DNA of 64,000 bases from Raillietiella orientalis (Eukaryota), in assembly GCA_036172245.1 (NCBI GenBank), contig JAYWIR010000001.1, forward strand, positions 9,362,001 through 9,426,000, given 5' to 3'. The notes below the pieces were generated by a model. The model had not been told where the DNA came from and did not search any database. It saw only the letters and a list, made by a program, of their open reading frames with translations. This document shows, one piece after another, positions 12,255 through 25,999 of this stretch. A program made the translations under genes and the position numbers. Every line of letters begins with the position of its first letter. Positions within the stretch are counted from its first letter, which is position 1.

Positions 12255-14600
12255 CCTCTGCCTTTTCTTCTAACCTTTCCCAGATGTGTATTCGTCCGAA
12301 GCACCGAAGTTATGCTAATCTTCAATATTTGGCTGAATAATCACAAAATGCATGCTGCGCCCCGAGGCAACAAAAACAACCTGCCACACGCCCGCTCACG
12401 ACTCCCTGAAGGACTCTCCGCGCACCAGCAAATAGAAGGAGGAAACACACACCAGGCAGGAATGGCGTTACGTGGTCGCTGGACAAGAATGCTGCCATCT
12501 TCCTGCTTCGAAAGCAAGCAAACACGTCAACAGCCATAGGTGGGAAAAGAAACTGCAACAGCCAACTGGCAACCTGATGCTGGCCGAGCGGCGCTGGAGC
12601 CCAGCAAACAAACTTTCGGCACGGGCCATTCGATGGCTAAGATAGTAATTGGTCGCCATATACTGACTGATGTCTTCCTTGCGCCACGGGCAGTGCAACA
12701 TCCACAGGAGAGAAGGAAAAAATGTGCACATTCATCTGTAGATGTATTATGGATGTATGCGGTGTTGATCCAAATTCAGGATGCTCTTGGATTCAGATCC
12801 ACGCGACTGCGCGTATTCGGCAGAGGACTTCCCGCTATACTCGGACTCTAGAATTCTTCCACGGATTTTCGTTGCAACGTGGAAACTTTGCGGAACGAAC
12901 CGAATTTTCACCAAGTGACGTGAACACCTCCTGAAGAAAGGTACCACCTGCATGGATCATGATCAGATCCTCAGGTCCTCTTCCTTGATTCCTATAATTT
13001 TATCGATCCGATAAAATTTCTCGATCCAGTCGGCCATTAAGTCGGAGGAAAAACACGCGCGCGCATACACATCCACATCAGTCTCGACTGCTGCCAAAAC
13101 CATTAATGAAATCATGGGAACAGCTTGTAAACAGAAAAGATCCCGAATGTACTGCGACCCTTCCTGTCCCAACTGGTTCTGCTGAACCTGCACCGGGGGC
13201 TGTTTCCAGGTAAACCCACCCCAACACTCATGTCGGCAGCTTTATTTCGCCAAGGGAACGCACGTCTCACAGCAACACTGCCGCGAAACGCATGCTGGAC
13301 GGTCGCAAGTTCCCCCAACACCGCAAATACCATCCTTCGTGGACTCCTCTGCTGGCATAACAGTTGTAATTCGCAACGTCTTCATCCTCCCGTAACTGGG
13401 TTACACAAACATCTTTCGTTGGCAGTTTGTACCTTCCTTCCATAACTTCCGGCCCACAAATCTTAGCTCCCACTTTGGCTTCTGCCTTTCCCCTAACGAG
13501 ATAACCCTGCCAAATCAATTAGCCCACCGAACCTTGATCATCACAAATAAACAAAAGACAAAGTTTATCTGGTCTTCGCACCTTCTCCTCAACGGAGAAA
13601 GAAGGCCTTTGTTCCAAAGGCCAGTGGCGAAGAAGGAAGCCTTAAGAATGGAAAACTGTCGGATCGTTCGCTTCCTCGTGTAATCGTGCTGGGCATCTAC
13701 CATCGGTATAACCTCAGCTTACAGCGTTCGTCTTCGCAGACCATCCTCTCGTCAAATCGTTTCTGTGTCCTCCGGGATTATCTCATCTTCTTCGCAAAGC
13801 AGGCTGACTGACGGTGAGGCATCTCCATTGAAATGGATCGATAAAGTCATAGAGGCTTCAAGTAAACGCGGAATGCTGCAGTTCTTGGGGCTCGCGGAAG
13901 CTCTCCCAAGCAAAGTGTTCTTGCAAGCCGCACTTGCACCCCAAGCGTCCCCACGGCCACTTCACACAAGCATCCCTGTCTCGAAATTTGAGTAAAGGTG
14001 AGAACACCTCATTGAAATTTCCTGGTGCAAGAGCGACGGCGTCACCATCCAGCAACGGACCACGGGTATGAGGGCTAGTTAGTCCCTTTCCTGGCGATCG
14101 GGAAACTGTTCGAAGCGAACCCAGCGGACGCTTCCACGGTCCTCGTGACTTGCGTCCTTCCCTCCCGTGGACGGTAAATCAGAAAGCTCACGGCTCGTAC
14201 TGGGTTCTCAAAACGCGAGAAGATCGGTTCGGAATCCACCTGTCGGCTGATCCCGTCGTGGTCCAAACGAGCATCAGTCAGTGGCGGGAGTGCAGAGCGT
14301 GCCACCGTTCTTCAACGAGGGAGCGAAATGATGTGCGGGATGATCGAAGGAGCGGCTCTGTCTGGTCCGCCGTTGTCATGGAGGAAGAAGGAACGGAATT
14401 AGAGGAACGATCCCGTTTCGTCCCCAGTCAGCTTGGCGAACCGGGACTTCAGGTCAACAAAGTCGCTTGGCGGGAAAAAATGAAAGCAGCAGAAACACCC
14501 AACTCTAAGGGGTTTGAGCAGAACATCGTTTGCTGGACAATCAACAGCTGGAAGATTCAATGCAGAGATGCAGAATGCGTGCGTTATTCACTTTGCTAAT
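11250..14600 (-). mobile_element. Degenerate LINE ORF2 fossil (APE + RT); the best-preserved of the old copies
   Basis: Ordered motifs: LAPGNFNEVF (~14020; GDFN), GLWNKGLL (~13610), IEKFY (~13020), RKEDISQ/IWRPITIL (~12660; K.D...NWRPITLL), AFEAGR (~12505), RSGDPSLLLL (~12010; RQGDPLSPLLF), QTGRIEL...SVPIF (~11550). Confidence 0.7.
12206..12252. repeat. (TG)n microsatellite, ~23 units, inside the LINE fossil
   Basis: Direct reading of the sequence. Confidence 0.95.
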
Positions 14601-15799
14601 TCTTTCAAACTTCTGCTTAACTGTTTTTTTTTTTTTTTTTTTTTTATTTTGTGGATATCTCTTTAACAGTACCAACGGAAAATGTTAATTTGTCCCCCCC
14701 CCCTTCCCCTCTCCTCCCGAAGAGAGAAACACATGGAAAAGCAAGCTTGCTGAATGAACAAATAAGCGTGCACTTCACAGGCAGTTTTACAACTTCCAAA
14801 AGGCTTCACTCAAAGACTTCAGGGTGTAAAAAAAAATTACGTCCATAACGGTCGCTTGCACATCTGGACCACCCTTTGCACCACTTCCGATTGAATTCAA
14901 AGAGGAAAACAGGGACGAAAAGCAAACTGACGGGAAAGTTAACGTAGGAGATGCAAAGAAGGCAGTGTCACTAAATATTTGGACACACTTCCGATTGAGC
15001 TCCCTCGGGAATGGGTGTTTTTTTTTTTTTCTTTTTGCTTTCTCCAATTTTTCCCAGCAATGTGACTGACTCCTTTCCGGTATATTTTTAGAATATAGGT
15101 TGTATCACATGCACTGACTAGGGGGTGGAACGCGGAATCAGAATTCGATGGAGGGGGAGGGAGGGGAGGAGTGGTCCAGGGTACGACCGGGAAGTCCGCC
15201 CCGAGAACCGCACGCTCGTCGTACATGGAAACCGACTAAAATTAAACGGGATGCTCGTTTTTCATTTCGGTGTGCGTCCGCTTTCCGGTTCCGCCCCCGA
15301 AACGGGAAACGCACGCAGGAGACCCTCCTTCGCGTCTTGCAGGATGCGCTCCTGCGAGCCGACGGGGGATCCTTGGGCGAGGCTACCAAGTGCCTCCCGA
15401 CCACGCTGCAGCAGCGGCCCTACGGGACGCGCTCTCGCCGTGCCGTTCCCCACCTTTCGACATCCGTCCGCTTTCGAAAAATGGCCCGGGAAGAATCTCT
15501 CCCTGGCGAAACGTGTGCTGCTCCCAGGTGAAGAAAGGAGAGATGATGGAATGCATCTTCATGGTGAGGGCAGATAAGAAGAGTATTGACCCAAGTGCGC
15601 AGTTTCCTCAGTTTTTTTTTTTTTTTTGTACCTCTCCGTGTGTCTGTGTGTAGCGCGATGGCTTTATCAAGAGTAGATCCCTTTTTCTGGATAAGCTCAC
15701 TTAGCATAAGGAAGAGGGAAAGCGCACACAAAAAAAAAATCCCCCCCCCTCTTCTTCTCTTTTGTTTGCCGATTCGATCGGAAGTCACGGAAACAGCGG

Positions 15800-16908
15800 C
15801 AGAATGTTCGAAACAGGATACCCAATCTGTGGAAAAATCATTCACTGCTCTTTGCTAAGAGGAGAAGTGGCTGGGATTATCTGCTCTGCCGATTCTTTTT
15901 CGCAGCCAAGTGGGTGGGCAGACCCGGACTGCTGCTTAATTTGTTCTTCTCCACCACGATGTTCTCGGGTGTTCGCGACCGCACCCTCGTGAGACTCCAC
16001 CAGGCGCCCCCCCGACACATCCCCCAAAGTATTTGAAACAAAGATAAAAGAAAAAACGCACTGGAGGGAACTTGCGTTTTCGCCACGAAGGGACTTTTTG
16101 TTCCACGCTTTCGCTTATGGGACACCCATTAGGAAACCCTTCACAGATCAGAACTGCTTGATGACTTTTGTGGTCTCGTTCTGATGAGAGGGGGGAGAGG
16201 GAGAGAGAAGGGGTGGGTGGGAGGGGAACATGAAATACACGCCACTTGTCATCAGCGCCTGTTTTTCGTTACCCTCGCCCGAAAGTTACAAGCTCAACTG
16301 CAGCTGTCCAAGAGTTCGACTCGTATAAAAAGACCGGAGTTTCTTCAGGGAGGAACTCCACGTTTCGGCAGTACTCCGAAGGCTTCTCTCTGAAATGGGC
16401 TCCTGTTCAGATACCCATTTCGGAAAATGCATAGCAAAATTGCCCCCGGTGCTTTTTGCACGCTGCAAGTATGTGTTTCAGAATGAAAAATGGATTCCCC
16501 TTGATGACGTTCCCGTAATTATAGGGAGGACAACATGACACACCGGAACGTGGTGTTGCTAACTACATAACGCGTGTGCCTTCATTCAGGCAGGAAAAAA
16601 AGAGAACTGCCAAGGACTGGAACCGAAGAAAGGGACAACTGATACGTGCCTGCTCGAAGAGTCATCACGGAATGCAGCAGGTTTTCTTGCACGGATACGA
16701 GGGGGATCGAAAGGAATGATTACATACCACACTTCCATGTTACCACAGCTGATGGAAAGCGCGCGGCTTCCAGAATGACATGGCTCGTCGTACCTGGGAG
16801 CACGGCCAAAAAAGCAGTGGCGTCCGAGGGAACAGCTCACCTCATCCAGAAAGCGGGAACCGGAGATCACCATTACATTCTTCAAAACCAAAATGGAGCT
16901 GACTTCTC

Positions 16909-16949
<41 letters not shown>

Positions 16950-18700
16950 GAAGGGAGAAGATGGAAACTTGTTCGTTAATCCTTCGTTGTTGTTATTGCT
17001 GCTGCTGCTTACGTTAGGTGACACGGCCAGCGGGCTCGTTTCGTGTCCGACGCCTGGAGGCACGCTGCACGTTACATCTGCGCGAGTACCTTACACTCGG
17101 TTTGTGGCAATGATGGGTACTTGAGATACTACGGCAATGATGGGATTTCAATGCAAATATTGACGGAACTTCCTCCGAGAGAGATCATTTAATTAGCGTG
17201 GAGACGAAGCACGCGCTCTATTTGCCTCCCCCATAGAATTCCAACGGGCCACGCGTCTCCAGTGGGGGGCGAGCGGGACGCGCTGGGAGGGGCTGCCGCC
17301 CGAAGACGCGAAGGAACGCCGCGCGGTCTTCGGCGACGGTCCGTCCGTCTCCATTGAAAGACGAGCGAGCGGCGGTTGGTTTTTCGAGGCCTCCCCTGGC
17401 CGCCATCTTGGGCGAAGCGGATCCAAAATGCCCCCCCCCAACAATGGCCGGGGCGTTCGATCAAACGAGCTATTTTTACTTACGCCGTCCTCGGAGGCGA
17501 GCCGTTGCCATGCGCCCCTTTGTCGCGCAGGCGCCCGCGGTCGACCACGCGACCTGTGGAAGGCTGGCGCCAGGAAAAGCACGCGGTGTGGCTCCGCAGC
17601 GACCTCCCGCCGGCCACCGCTCTCGCGTCGAGACGGGGAGAAAGGGAAAATGCACGCACTAGATCGCAAAGCAGCTTCCCGGAACGCGGATGCCGCTCCC
17701 TTTTCTCGTCCTTAGGCAAGCAGGAAAGGGTATCCGGGAAGTCTTCGAGCGAGGCTCCTTGCGACAGTCGGGTTGCGGTACTGAGTAGTGAGGATCGATC
17801 AAAAAGTCTCAGGTGTCCGTCACTGTGACACATCTGAGACTATTCGCAACCCCAGCAGAAATATGGACCACTTGGCTTTTAGCGTCCAAAGTGAGGGGAG
17901 GCGGAAACGGTGAGTTTCGAGACCTCGGACAGACAAACGTGCTTGCCCAACACGCACCTTTGGGGAAGAAAGAGAGAGAGAGAGAGAGAGACGATCGCTT
18001 TTCCGGAAAATCGGAAAATTTGAAAATTTGCAGATGCGGCTTGCAAGGATTTGGAAACCGAGCACGGTTGAATCATTAGGAACAATTTTCAATCTCTTGG
18101 GTTACTTACCAGAACATCCCACGGTGCACTACAGATTTGAGGACATCTTACCTGACAGTATTAGAGAATTCATACTATACTTCTAACTCTGTTTAGTAAG
18201 ATGTAAACAAATCTTCAGCGGATCTTGTGCTCCGGACGGGCGGGGATGAATGCAGAGCATGCATCCTCCTCGGATCTTACCAGAAACTCCCTACCACTCT
18301 ACTAAGCGACAAACTCTTTCGCGGCAAACTGGAAGTAACTCGATCCGTTCCACCTTGTCTCGCACAACCCAGCATCCGGAACCGTCCTTCGCCTCTTCTC
18401 TGCGTTGGGATCGAATCGGACTGGCGTTCGAAATGTTTTCCAATGTGTTTTTAAAAAAGGTGTGCGGTGTTTCCAAAATCGTCGTTACCCTTCGTCTCTC
18501 TGTGTCGTCTCCTCGTCTATCTGTGCTTTGCAGTCGTATCTCTTTTGTTGTTGTTGTTCTCTCCCTCCCTCTCTCCCGCCACTTGAGCTTTGCATTTTTG
18601 AAGACCCACGGAATGATCACCGAACTGCAAAAGTCCCCCGAAAATCCGCGTTGAAGCTGGGGATGCGCTCTGTGCGAAGAGCTGAGGAAATTTGCCCCCC
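15800..18700 (-). mobile_element. Degenerate LINE RT fossil
   Basis: PKRLKIVPNDSTVLGFQILASRI (~18040-18100; cf. LKNWRPISLLNxDYKILA), RLFDRSSLL..RL..GASLEDF (~17800; cf. AFDRV..L..GF..F), GKLLCDLVRAFSLSPRL (~17650). Confidence 0.5.
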
Positions 18701-19499
18701 CCCCCCCAAACGGCTTTTCGACCTGCATCCCCCCCTCCGTCAGGGGGGGGGGGGCAAACGCAAACGCGCACGGGCGCGATTTCGGAAGCTGCGCTCGACT
18801 GAGATTCGTTTCCTACCCCCGGCACAACTTCGACATCCGAACGCTCCACTTCCTTGAGAGCATCCCGGGAAGGTTCGGGAACTCTTCCTACACACCACGG
18901 TCCAAACGGAAGTCACCAACGTCCCGAGAGTAGGAGCGTGCAAGCGGCACGGTTTCGAACGGAGCCGCCGACTCTCTTTTTTTTTTTTCTTCCACAAACA
19001 CGTACGGATGGGGAGGAGGGGGGGAAAGGGGGGAGAGGGTATCCACCACATCCACGGAAAATACGTTACCGGTTGCACACGGAGGACACGAGTTCACCCG
19101 CCACTCTCTGGCTGCGGAGGCACAGTGGAAAAAAAAACACTCTCGCAGAGTCGGGAAATCCCGGCACTTCCAGGTTGCGAAACGGCGGCTGCTTCCTCCT
19201 CCCCGGAGCAGCGTTTCATCTCTCCGATAGGTTTCCATTCCGATGTGTGTGAGAAATAAACAGTTGTTTCGCCTCACAGCATCCACCACCCCGAATGCTC
19301 CAACGCGGAACGGCTCGGGCCGAAGTAGCGACAGGTGCATTCGATGCCTGTTATTTATAGAGAACTGTCATATCTGGGTGGTCACAAAAAAAAAAAAAAA
19401 AAAAAAAGAGAAAAGAAAAAAAAAAAAGAAAAAGCAAATATAGATATGCGGTTATCAGATCTTGGAATATTTTATTAATTCGTATTCCGTCACCTGAGA

Positions 19500-21400
19500 T
19501 TAGCAAACACGAGTCGGGAGGAAGGAAATCCATTTCCTTTTTGCCTTTGCGATCCGGAAACGTGGCGGCGCGGGCAGGACCGCGAGGCGATCGCCTGGGC
19601 GAAACGTTAAAAGGGACGTCCAATGACTCCGTTTTGTTTGGAGGAAGACGCTGTACCTGCCAGAGGGAACCCTGACGCCACCGGGAGGAGGAGGAGGCTC
19701 GAAGTGAAATCCATCCGCTGCTCGAGAGACTGCGGGACCCTTTTGTTTTTCTCTGCCGCTGCTCCTCGCGCGGAAGAATCCGGAGCGGTTGGCAACGCAG
19801 GGATGCAGGAGGGAAGGACGATCTTGATTTGTGCCTTTGTCCCCAGGGAAAAGAGTTGCCCGAACTGGAATTCGTCTTTGTGTGTTACTAGGAAGGCGTG
19901 ATGCTCGTAAAAAGGAAAGAAAGAAAGAAAAGTGCTCAATTAGCAACTGCAGTAGTAGCAGCAGCAGTAGTCATAGTAGTAGTCGTTGCTCAGCTCTGTA
20001 ATTGGAAAAGTTTCCGATCGACTGAGAATCCTTTCGAGGAGGGGTTACTTGCGACGGGATGCGATTCTGCAGACTCGAACCGAAGAAGCAGTGCTGCTTT
20101 GGAAATTCAGCTGCAGCGGAATTAAGGGTGAAACTGAGGGTTTCTGTTTTTTTTCGAAACCCGTGCCTGCGGCCAGCTTCCTCCTTCACAGCGCTGGCAG
20201 TCCCCGCGTCCTCCTCCTTCGCCCACTCGAGACCTCCGACCACGTCGGGAAAAGCGATGCGTTTTTTCGTGTGTGTGTGTGTGTGTGTGGCGGCAGCCCT
20301 GCTGCGCCGGAGCGAACAATCCAGGGCTGCCATGGGCTGGGGGGGGGAGGAGAAGGTGTGTGCGCGCTGCCCGCTCCGTCGGGGACGCGCGCGCGGTGTG
20401 CGCGCGCACCTGCCGCAGCTCCGCGCGTGCATCGCGGTGCTCCCCGTCTGGTCACGTGCACGCACGCAGGCCGAGGACTGTACAGAGAGAGGACCGTACT
20501 CGTGGACTGCTGGTCCTGCCCCCGCGCGCCGCCGTACTCGCGAAGGGAATGCCGCGATCCTTTTCCGCCCGCTTCCTCCCGTTTTCTGCACCGCAGCCGA
20601 TGCAGAAAGCAGATGATGGCTCCAGCGGCTTTCCGATGTGTTTGAATTATGCATCTCCGCCGTCTTCAATTATTTCAGCGTTCTTCGCTGGCTCGCCCCG
20701 GCTTTCTGCTCTTCCAGCGAATCACTCAGCGGTCATGCAAGTTTCATCGAAGCACTGCATCGGTTTGCACGAGCCTTATTCGAGTCCTAAGCGGCAAAAG
20801 TGCCTCCTCCAGATGTCGCACAAGAGTTCAAAATGGACAGCCTTTCGGAAAGTGTGATGCGCAAGGCTGTGAGTGCATTAAATGCGAATGCCGTTTTGCT
20901 CCGAAAAAACACACGCGCGGTCGCACGCACGCACTTATGCCTCCCTTGCGGTCCAACGTTCGACTGTCGGTAGCGGAATCAAGAACTCGAAAAGAAAAGG
21001 GAAGGAAAAAAAAACCACACACAGAGGTGTACGGACTGATCTTCTCTCTGTCTTGTGGAAACATTCAGAGCATGCATGGGGCAACCACCACAGCGTCGAC
21101 CAGGTCATCTCCATGTTTCGCCTTTGCCTTCCTCTTCCTTTCTTTTTGTGGAGAGGAAAACAAACTGCGAGCGACTGGAGGGAGAGGAAGGCACTTAGGC
21201 ATTGCGATTCTGTCATTCACCTCATTCATCTCATAACGGAAATCTAATCTATGGTAAGAGGAGTTGCGAAAGTGGTTTAGTTTGCATGAAACATTATGAT
21301 AATTTCCCAAATTAGAAAGGGTTCTGTTCGTTCCGTGGGATACGCACCGGAATTTGTATGCCGGACGCGCAAACTTCAAAAGTATCGGCGCTCTTCATTG
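19500..21400 (-). mobile_element. Degenerate LINE EN/RT fossil
   Basis: SYHRLDFRY (~21250; cf. SRID), KEEAGRRHGF (~20170; cf. KAPGPDGF), RIPSQVTPPRKDSQSIGNFSNYR (~20000-20060), ATLFPG (~19850). Confidence 0.4.
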
Positions 21401-21449
21401 AATAAGAATAACTCACGTCATTAAGTCACTCTTAGTCAACTGACGCGCC

Positions 21450-24400
21450 GCCACCCCGCTGCTCTGCAAGTTCGTCGCCTCCTCGTGCGCAAGATGGCGC
21501 CTCCTCTTGGCTGGAGCCGCCGGACTTTAACAGAGCGGACCCAGGACAACAGCAAGGTCCTCGAAGCGTCCCCTCCGTGGCAGGAAGTGTTGGCACGCAT
21601 CGCGTATCGGCCGGCCCGGACCCTCGGATGCATGGGTTCGGTGCCGCGGTTCTCGCCGACAGACGGAAAGGCAGCACCCGGTGAGGATCAGCGGCGTAGG
21701 CGCGGCTCGCACCTCGTCCTAAGGATCGGGAGAACCAAGGCGGCTACGCACCCGTTCCTCTCGCGAATGCGCTCCCGGTCCTTCCCACGCGACCCCGAAG
21801 TTTGCCCGGACAATCTTCGTGCCCTGGAATTGCGTTGGCTGCTGTTCGGTAAGTGGCATTTCTGTCCATCTTCTGGAACGGCGCAGACTGAACAGCAGCT
21901 TCCCCAAAGATGGTGAAGCGACTGCTCCAGGGCACAGGACTTCCCGGGACAGAGTCTGGAAAACGCTGCAGTGGATGTCACAAACCCTCTTAAGGTCATC
22001 GATGGTTCACGATATCGAGTGCCCATGAAAACTACGGGCAGCAGACACGCAATGAGAGCTGCGAGAAGGTTCAGGGATGCCCGCCTCCCCAACACGGCCC
22101 CCGAGCGAGCCAGGTCTGTGAGGTTTCCACGGATACGCAGTTTTCCCGCTTCCGAGTTCGAGGCGAGCTGACTTCTCCGAAATGCCGGAATGGTCGACCA
22201 GGCGGCCTCGTAGTACCGAAAGCGCGCGGTACCTCGCGATGACAGCGGCGCCTCTGGGGACTCTCATGAATGCCCCCCCCCCCCACTGCCGTGTACACAC
22301 ACGAGTCTCTGTTGATTGCGGAAACCTTGGAATGACGGTGGCTTCCGTCTCGGCAGACGCAAGCCCGCTCAAAAGTTCCGGGATCACGGGAGACGTCCAA
22401 CGTCCTGGGAGGGCGACGCCAAGCCCGCGCCCGTGCGCGGCAGTGGCTGCCGGGACACGGAAAATCTTCGCAGATGTGGTGTGAAAGAAAAGCACCGGGC
22501 TCACGCAGAAAGCCCTTGTTTACGATGCCCCCATTCGTGGTTCTTAACTTTGATGGAAGACAAGGCTGGCTATCTTCCGGCCCTGCTCAAAGTACTTTTT
22601 TTCTGCATCCGTTTTGCAAAGATTTTTCCTATTCGATGAGGAGGAAGACGGGCGTAATAAAAAGCAAACCAAGTCGAACGGAGCGCAAAGAGATTTCACA
22701 AGAAACACGGACGACATTCATGAAAAGGAACCAATGCACCGTGCACTGTGAGGTCTTTCTGCACGGTTGGATGTGACGTCACGATGCACTCCGTGCATTC
22801 CTTTATTTTTCTCCTGTTTAGCAAACACAGGGGAGGAGGGGTGGATGGAGTCGCACTGGGGCTCGTCAACAGTTCCTGGACTTCGAACACGATCCTAAAG
22901 TGTTCCTCGTAAAGTTAACCCCTCTTCTACCCGAGCTGCTCAGTCGTGCACTCCCCATGCCTTGGAACATCCCTGTGGGAACCTACACGAACGTGAAGGA
23001 AGGCGACTCGGGTCAGCCTGACCCCGGTCTTCGCGACCACCTGAGCCCTTTTCCTCCGGGTTCCCCCTGGATCCTCCTGCACGTCAGGTTCGTGCAGCTG
23101 CGAGGAAAACCTTGGGAGCACCACGCGAAGAAGGCACACAGCTCGCGTGTTGCAGGGTGGCCCGTTCGAAAGTGAAACAAGAGAAATCTCAATTTTCTCC
23201 CCATCTCTCGTTTTTTTTTTTTTTTTCTTCCAATCAGTCTCCGTTTTTCATGTCAAGTCGAGCCGCGTATCGCACGTCAAGAGTTCACCACGTGTTTCTT
23301 TGATGAAACTCGACCGGGTTCGAAAATGAGTATCTTTTTTTTTTTTTAGTTCCAATCTTTGCAAAATAACACTTCAGTTTTCCTTCTTCTTCTTCCTTTT
23401 TTTCGTTTTTTCGCACACCGAAGACATTTACTGTTTACCTCGTGCCTTGTGCACCTGGGCGACGTAAAGTGGACGTACGCGGCGCACGCACTCCCGAAAG
23501 AGACTCCTCCCTTCCGAAGCCAAGCTGCGGCCAGCCCGTCGGCTCATCAAAGATTACGAAGTCGACTCCAGGACCAAATTTACTAGGGAAGGCAGGCATC
23601 TGCAAACGACGGCGCGGCCACCACCTGTGCGAAAAACAACCATCCCGACGGGGCCGCGCGTGGCACTGCTGCTGCACAAACGGAACACAAATGCAGCGGC
23701 GCCCCTCGACGTGCAGCGCGCCGCCGCGTAGGGGGAGAGCCAACAGGCGGAACACGCTGCCGGAGGGCGCGGGGATGAGGGACGGATGTCCCCGAGCTCG
23801 AGGCGGGAGGGAACACCGTAACGTCTCCGCTTCCTTCGGACGTGGTGGTGGTGGTGGGTCTACCTTGCGGACGGAATTTGCAACGGATGCAGAATTACCG
23901 ACTTGTTCGGCCGACACACGTTTGCTTTATTTCTTTCTTTTTTTTCTTTTCCTCTCCGCAACAGGCCGAGACCTGATGACGCACTCTTGTCTCCGACGTT
24001 TGGGCTGCGTGTGCCTCAGACGTCTCCTCGTTTTCCACCATTTACTGCGCATGAGTGATCGTCAGGGAAACGAGCGCGCGAGGCAAGACGCTGCCACTGC
24101 CGTTGTTTACCGCCGAGGCAATGCCGTCGTCGTTGCCAAGGCGGCCGGCGCTCGCGGAGGATTCCTTTGGCCCGAAACGCGACGGCGGAGTGCGCGCCGC
24201 TCCCCCGATTTCCGCTTCCGCACGGCCAGCCGGGAAAGACCCCGGGCCTCCCCCCGAAGGGACGCCCGGGGTTTCTTCCGCTTACCGGCGTCGTCGGGTC
24301 GCCAGCGCTTCGGCCGTCCCGTCGGTGGAAACACCGTCCTCCAGCGCTTGCGTTGATTTCCACGTGCCTTCGGCAAGGCCTCGTGCTTTCCCTCCATCCA

Positions 24401-24800
24401 TCCTTCCCAGAGTTCCGATCCTCGGGAGTTTCGACTTTACTTGTGCAAAACCCATCGCAAAACGGACAAGTTTCGCCGTGTTTCTCCTCTGCCACTAAAG
24501 TAGTCGCGCCTCTTCCGCACGCGGTCTCCTAGCCAACCTTCCCCCAAGTCTTCCGAGTGCACGCAATCGCTTCTCCCGAAGAGCAGCAGCAGCAGAATTT
24601 CCGCGGATCGCCCGCAGAGTCGCCAGCGAGCATCCACGCCTCGAAGCGATCATTCCGTTCTTGCAGTCGCCGCGGTGGATCAAAAGGGGAATGAGGACTC
24701 GGCCGTGTTGGCGTAGACCTGGGAATCCGAGGCTCCCGAAAAGCTACGGGAGCCCGGACGCAAAGAGGAAGCCACGCGCGACCCTCCATTATCACTTCAA
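21450..24800 (-). mobile_element. Degenerate GC-rich LINE RT/thumb fossil
   Basis: RRLQMPAFPSKF and GREESLSG..RRPGAQG (23435..23917), SSGRRGVNFTR (~22920; cf. SGLxVNxxK), LGRRASLNLL..LLPVVFM (21688..22095; cf. LSxxGRxxL...PxYxM). Confidence 0.45.
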
Positions 24801-25253
24801 AGTGTCCTATAAGGGATCAGAGTATGTTGTTGGTCCACCGGAACGCTTCTTCTTGGTGAGGACGGGGAAGAAAGCTATTTTTATAAGGGAAACCATCTTT
24901 TGCATGTAGATGGGAATTAAGATGTGTACGATGCAAATTTGCACCTGTTTGATTTCGACACATATGGGTGTACATGTGCACACATATCCATGCATGTCTT
25001 TCTTACGCAACTATAACCAAGTTATTATTTTTTTCCTTTAAAGAAAAAGGACGAGGCATTACGTCAAACAAACAAAAACACAAGCAAAAGGGAGGTTTCT
25101 CTCTCGGCAGATGGACACTCGGAAGCTCAGAATTTCTTCTTGCCCTCAATCCGGCCGCTGCGAAGAGGAGATTTCGGACGCAAAAGCTAGCCGAGCAGAA
25201 GGCACTAAGAAACGGAAAGAGGCACCAAAGGCAAGGGATTCCAGCCACTTCGT

Positions 25254-25284
<31 letters not shown>

Positions 25285-25999
25285 ACGAAATGCCCGCGAA
25301 AGGCTTGCACATCATCATCATCTTTTTTTTTTTTTTGGTTTTCCGTTTCTTTTCATCTCGCATGAAAGGAGTTCCGCTTTCTGCTTGGTTCTGCACCTGC
25401 CGTTTTCTGCCGTCGCTGCCGAATGAAGTGCTTCGTCTGAAGCGCCGTGAGGATGGAAGATCGCTAAAAGTGAAATCAGGACCCCCCCTCCCCCACGGCT
25501 GGAATGCTGGGGAAGGGAAGAGCAGCAGAGGAAAATGCACCGGATTATCGGAAGAGCAGGAAAAAACTTTTCTTCTTCCTCTTCTTCTACCAAACTCGTC
25601 GGATCATCGAACCAACTTTCATGGCCTCGTAAAGGGAGGCATTGGCTGGCGGCACTGCAAACACAACGGCACACCGACGTGATCCGTCGGCATCTCGGAT
25701 GTCCGAATCCGACGTGGACACGAACGGGTGGTGAGGGGCGACTCTTTAGCAGCTCTCGAGTGTATCGGCTTGACGGCTAGCGTTTGTAGGCATTTCGGAC
25801 GCAGAATGAGTCCCTACGGACCCTGCCGCTCCGTTTACCCCACAGGGGCGGAAAGCTGCCGGCTGCCTTCCGAATCCTCCTGAGATGCATTCACGACACT
25901 GCTCCTCCCCCACCGCGTTGGTGCCGGGATGAAAGCACCCTCCTCCACCTCTACGGTTCCTGTGAAGGGAAAACCCAACGGCTGCCATTCAGCGTATCA

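Noticed and set aside
17218..17406. Kozak-like AAGATGGCG / YY1-like CGCCATCTT start of the MAARGG ORF
   Set aside because: It sits between the YADD- and KYLG-equivalent positions of a LINE fossil. The ORF is short and has no splice donor support.
18691..18758. TTTG-C13...G12-CAAA inverted repeat; also T14-A26 at 16909-16948
   Set aside because: Homopolymer runs are ubiquitous in this window, so these palindromes carry little information.
24802..24856. Possible plus-strand micro-exon (VSYKGSEYVVGPPERFFL|gtgagg); similar candidates at 2336-2380, 18110-18151 and 19455-19493
   Set aside because: No recognisable homology and no consistent exon chain; most overlap LINE fossils.
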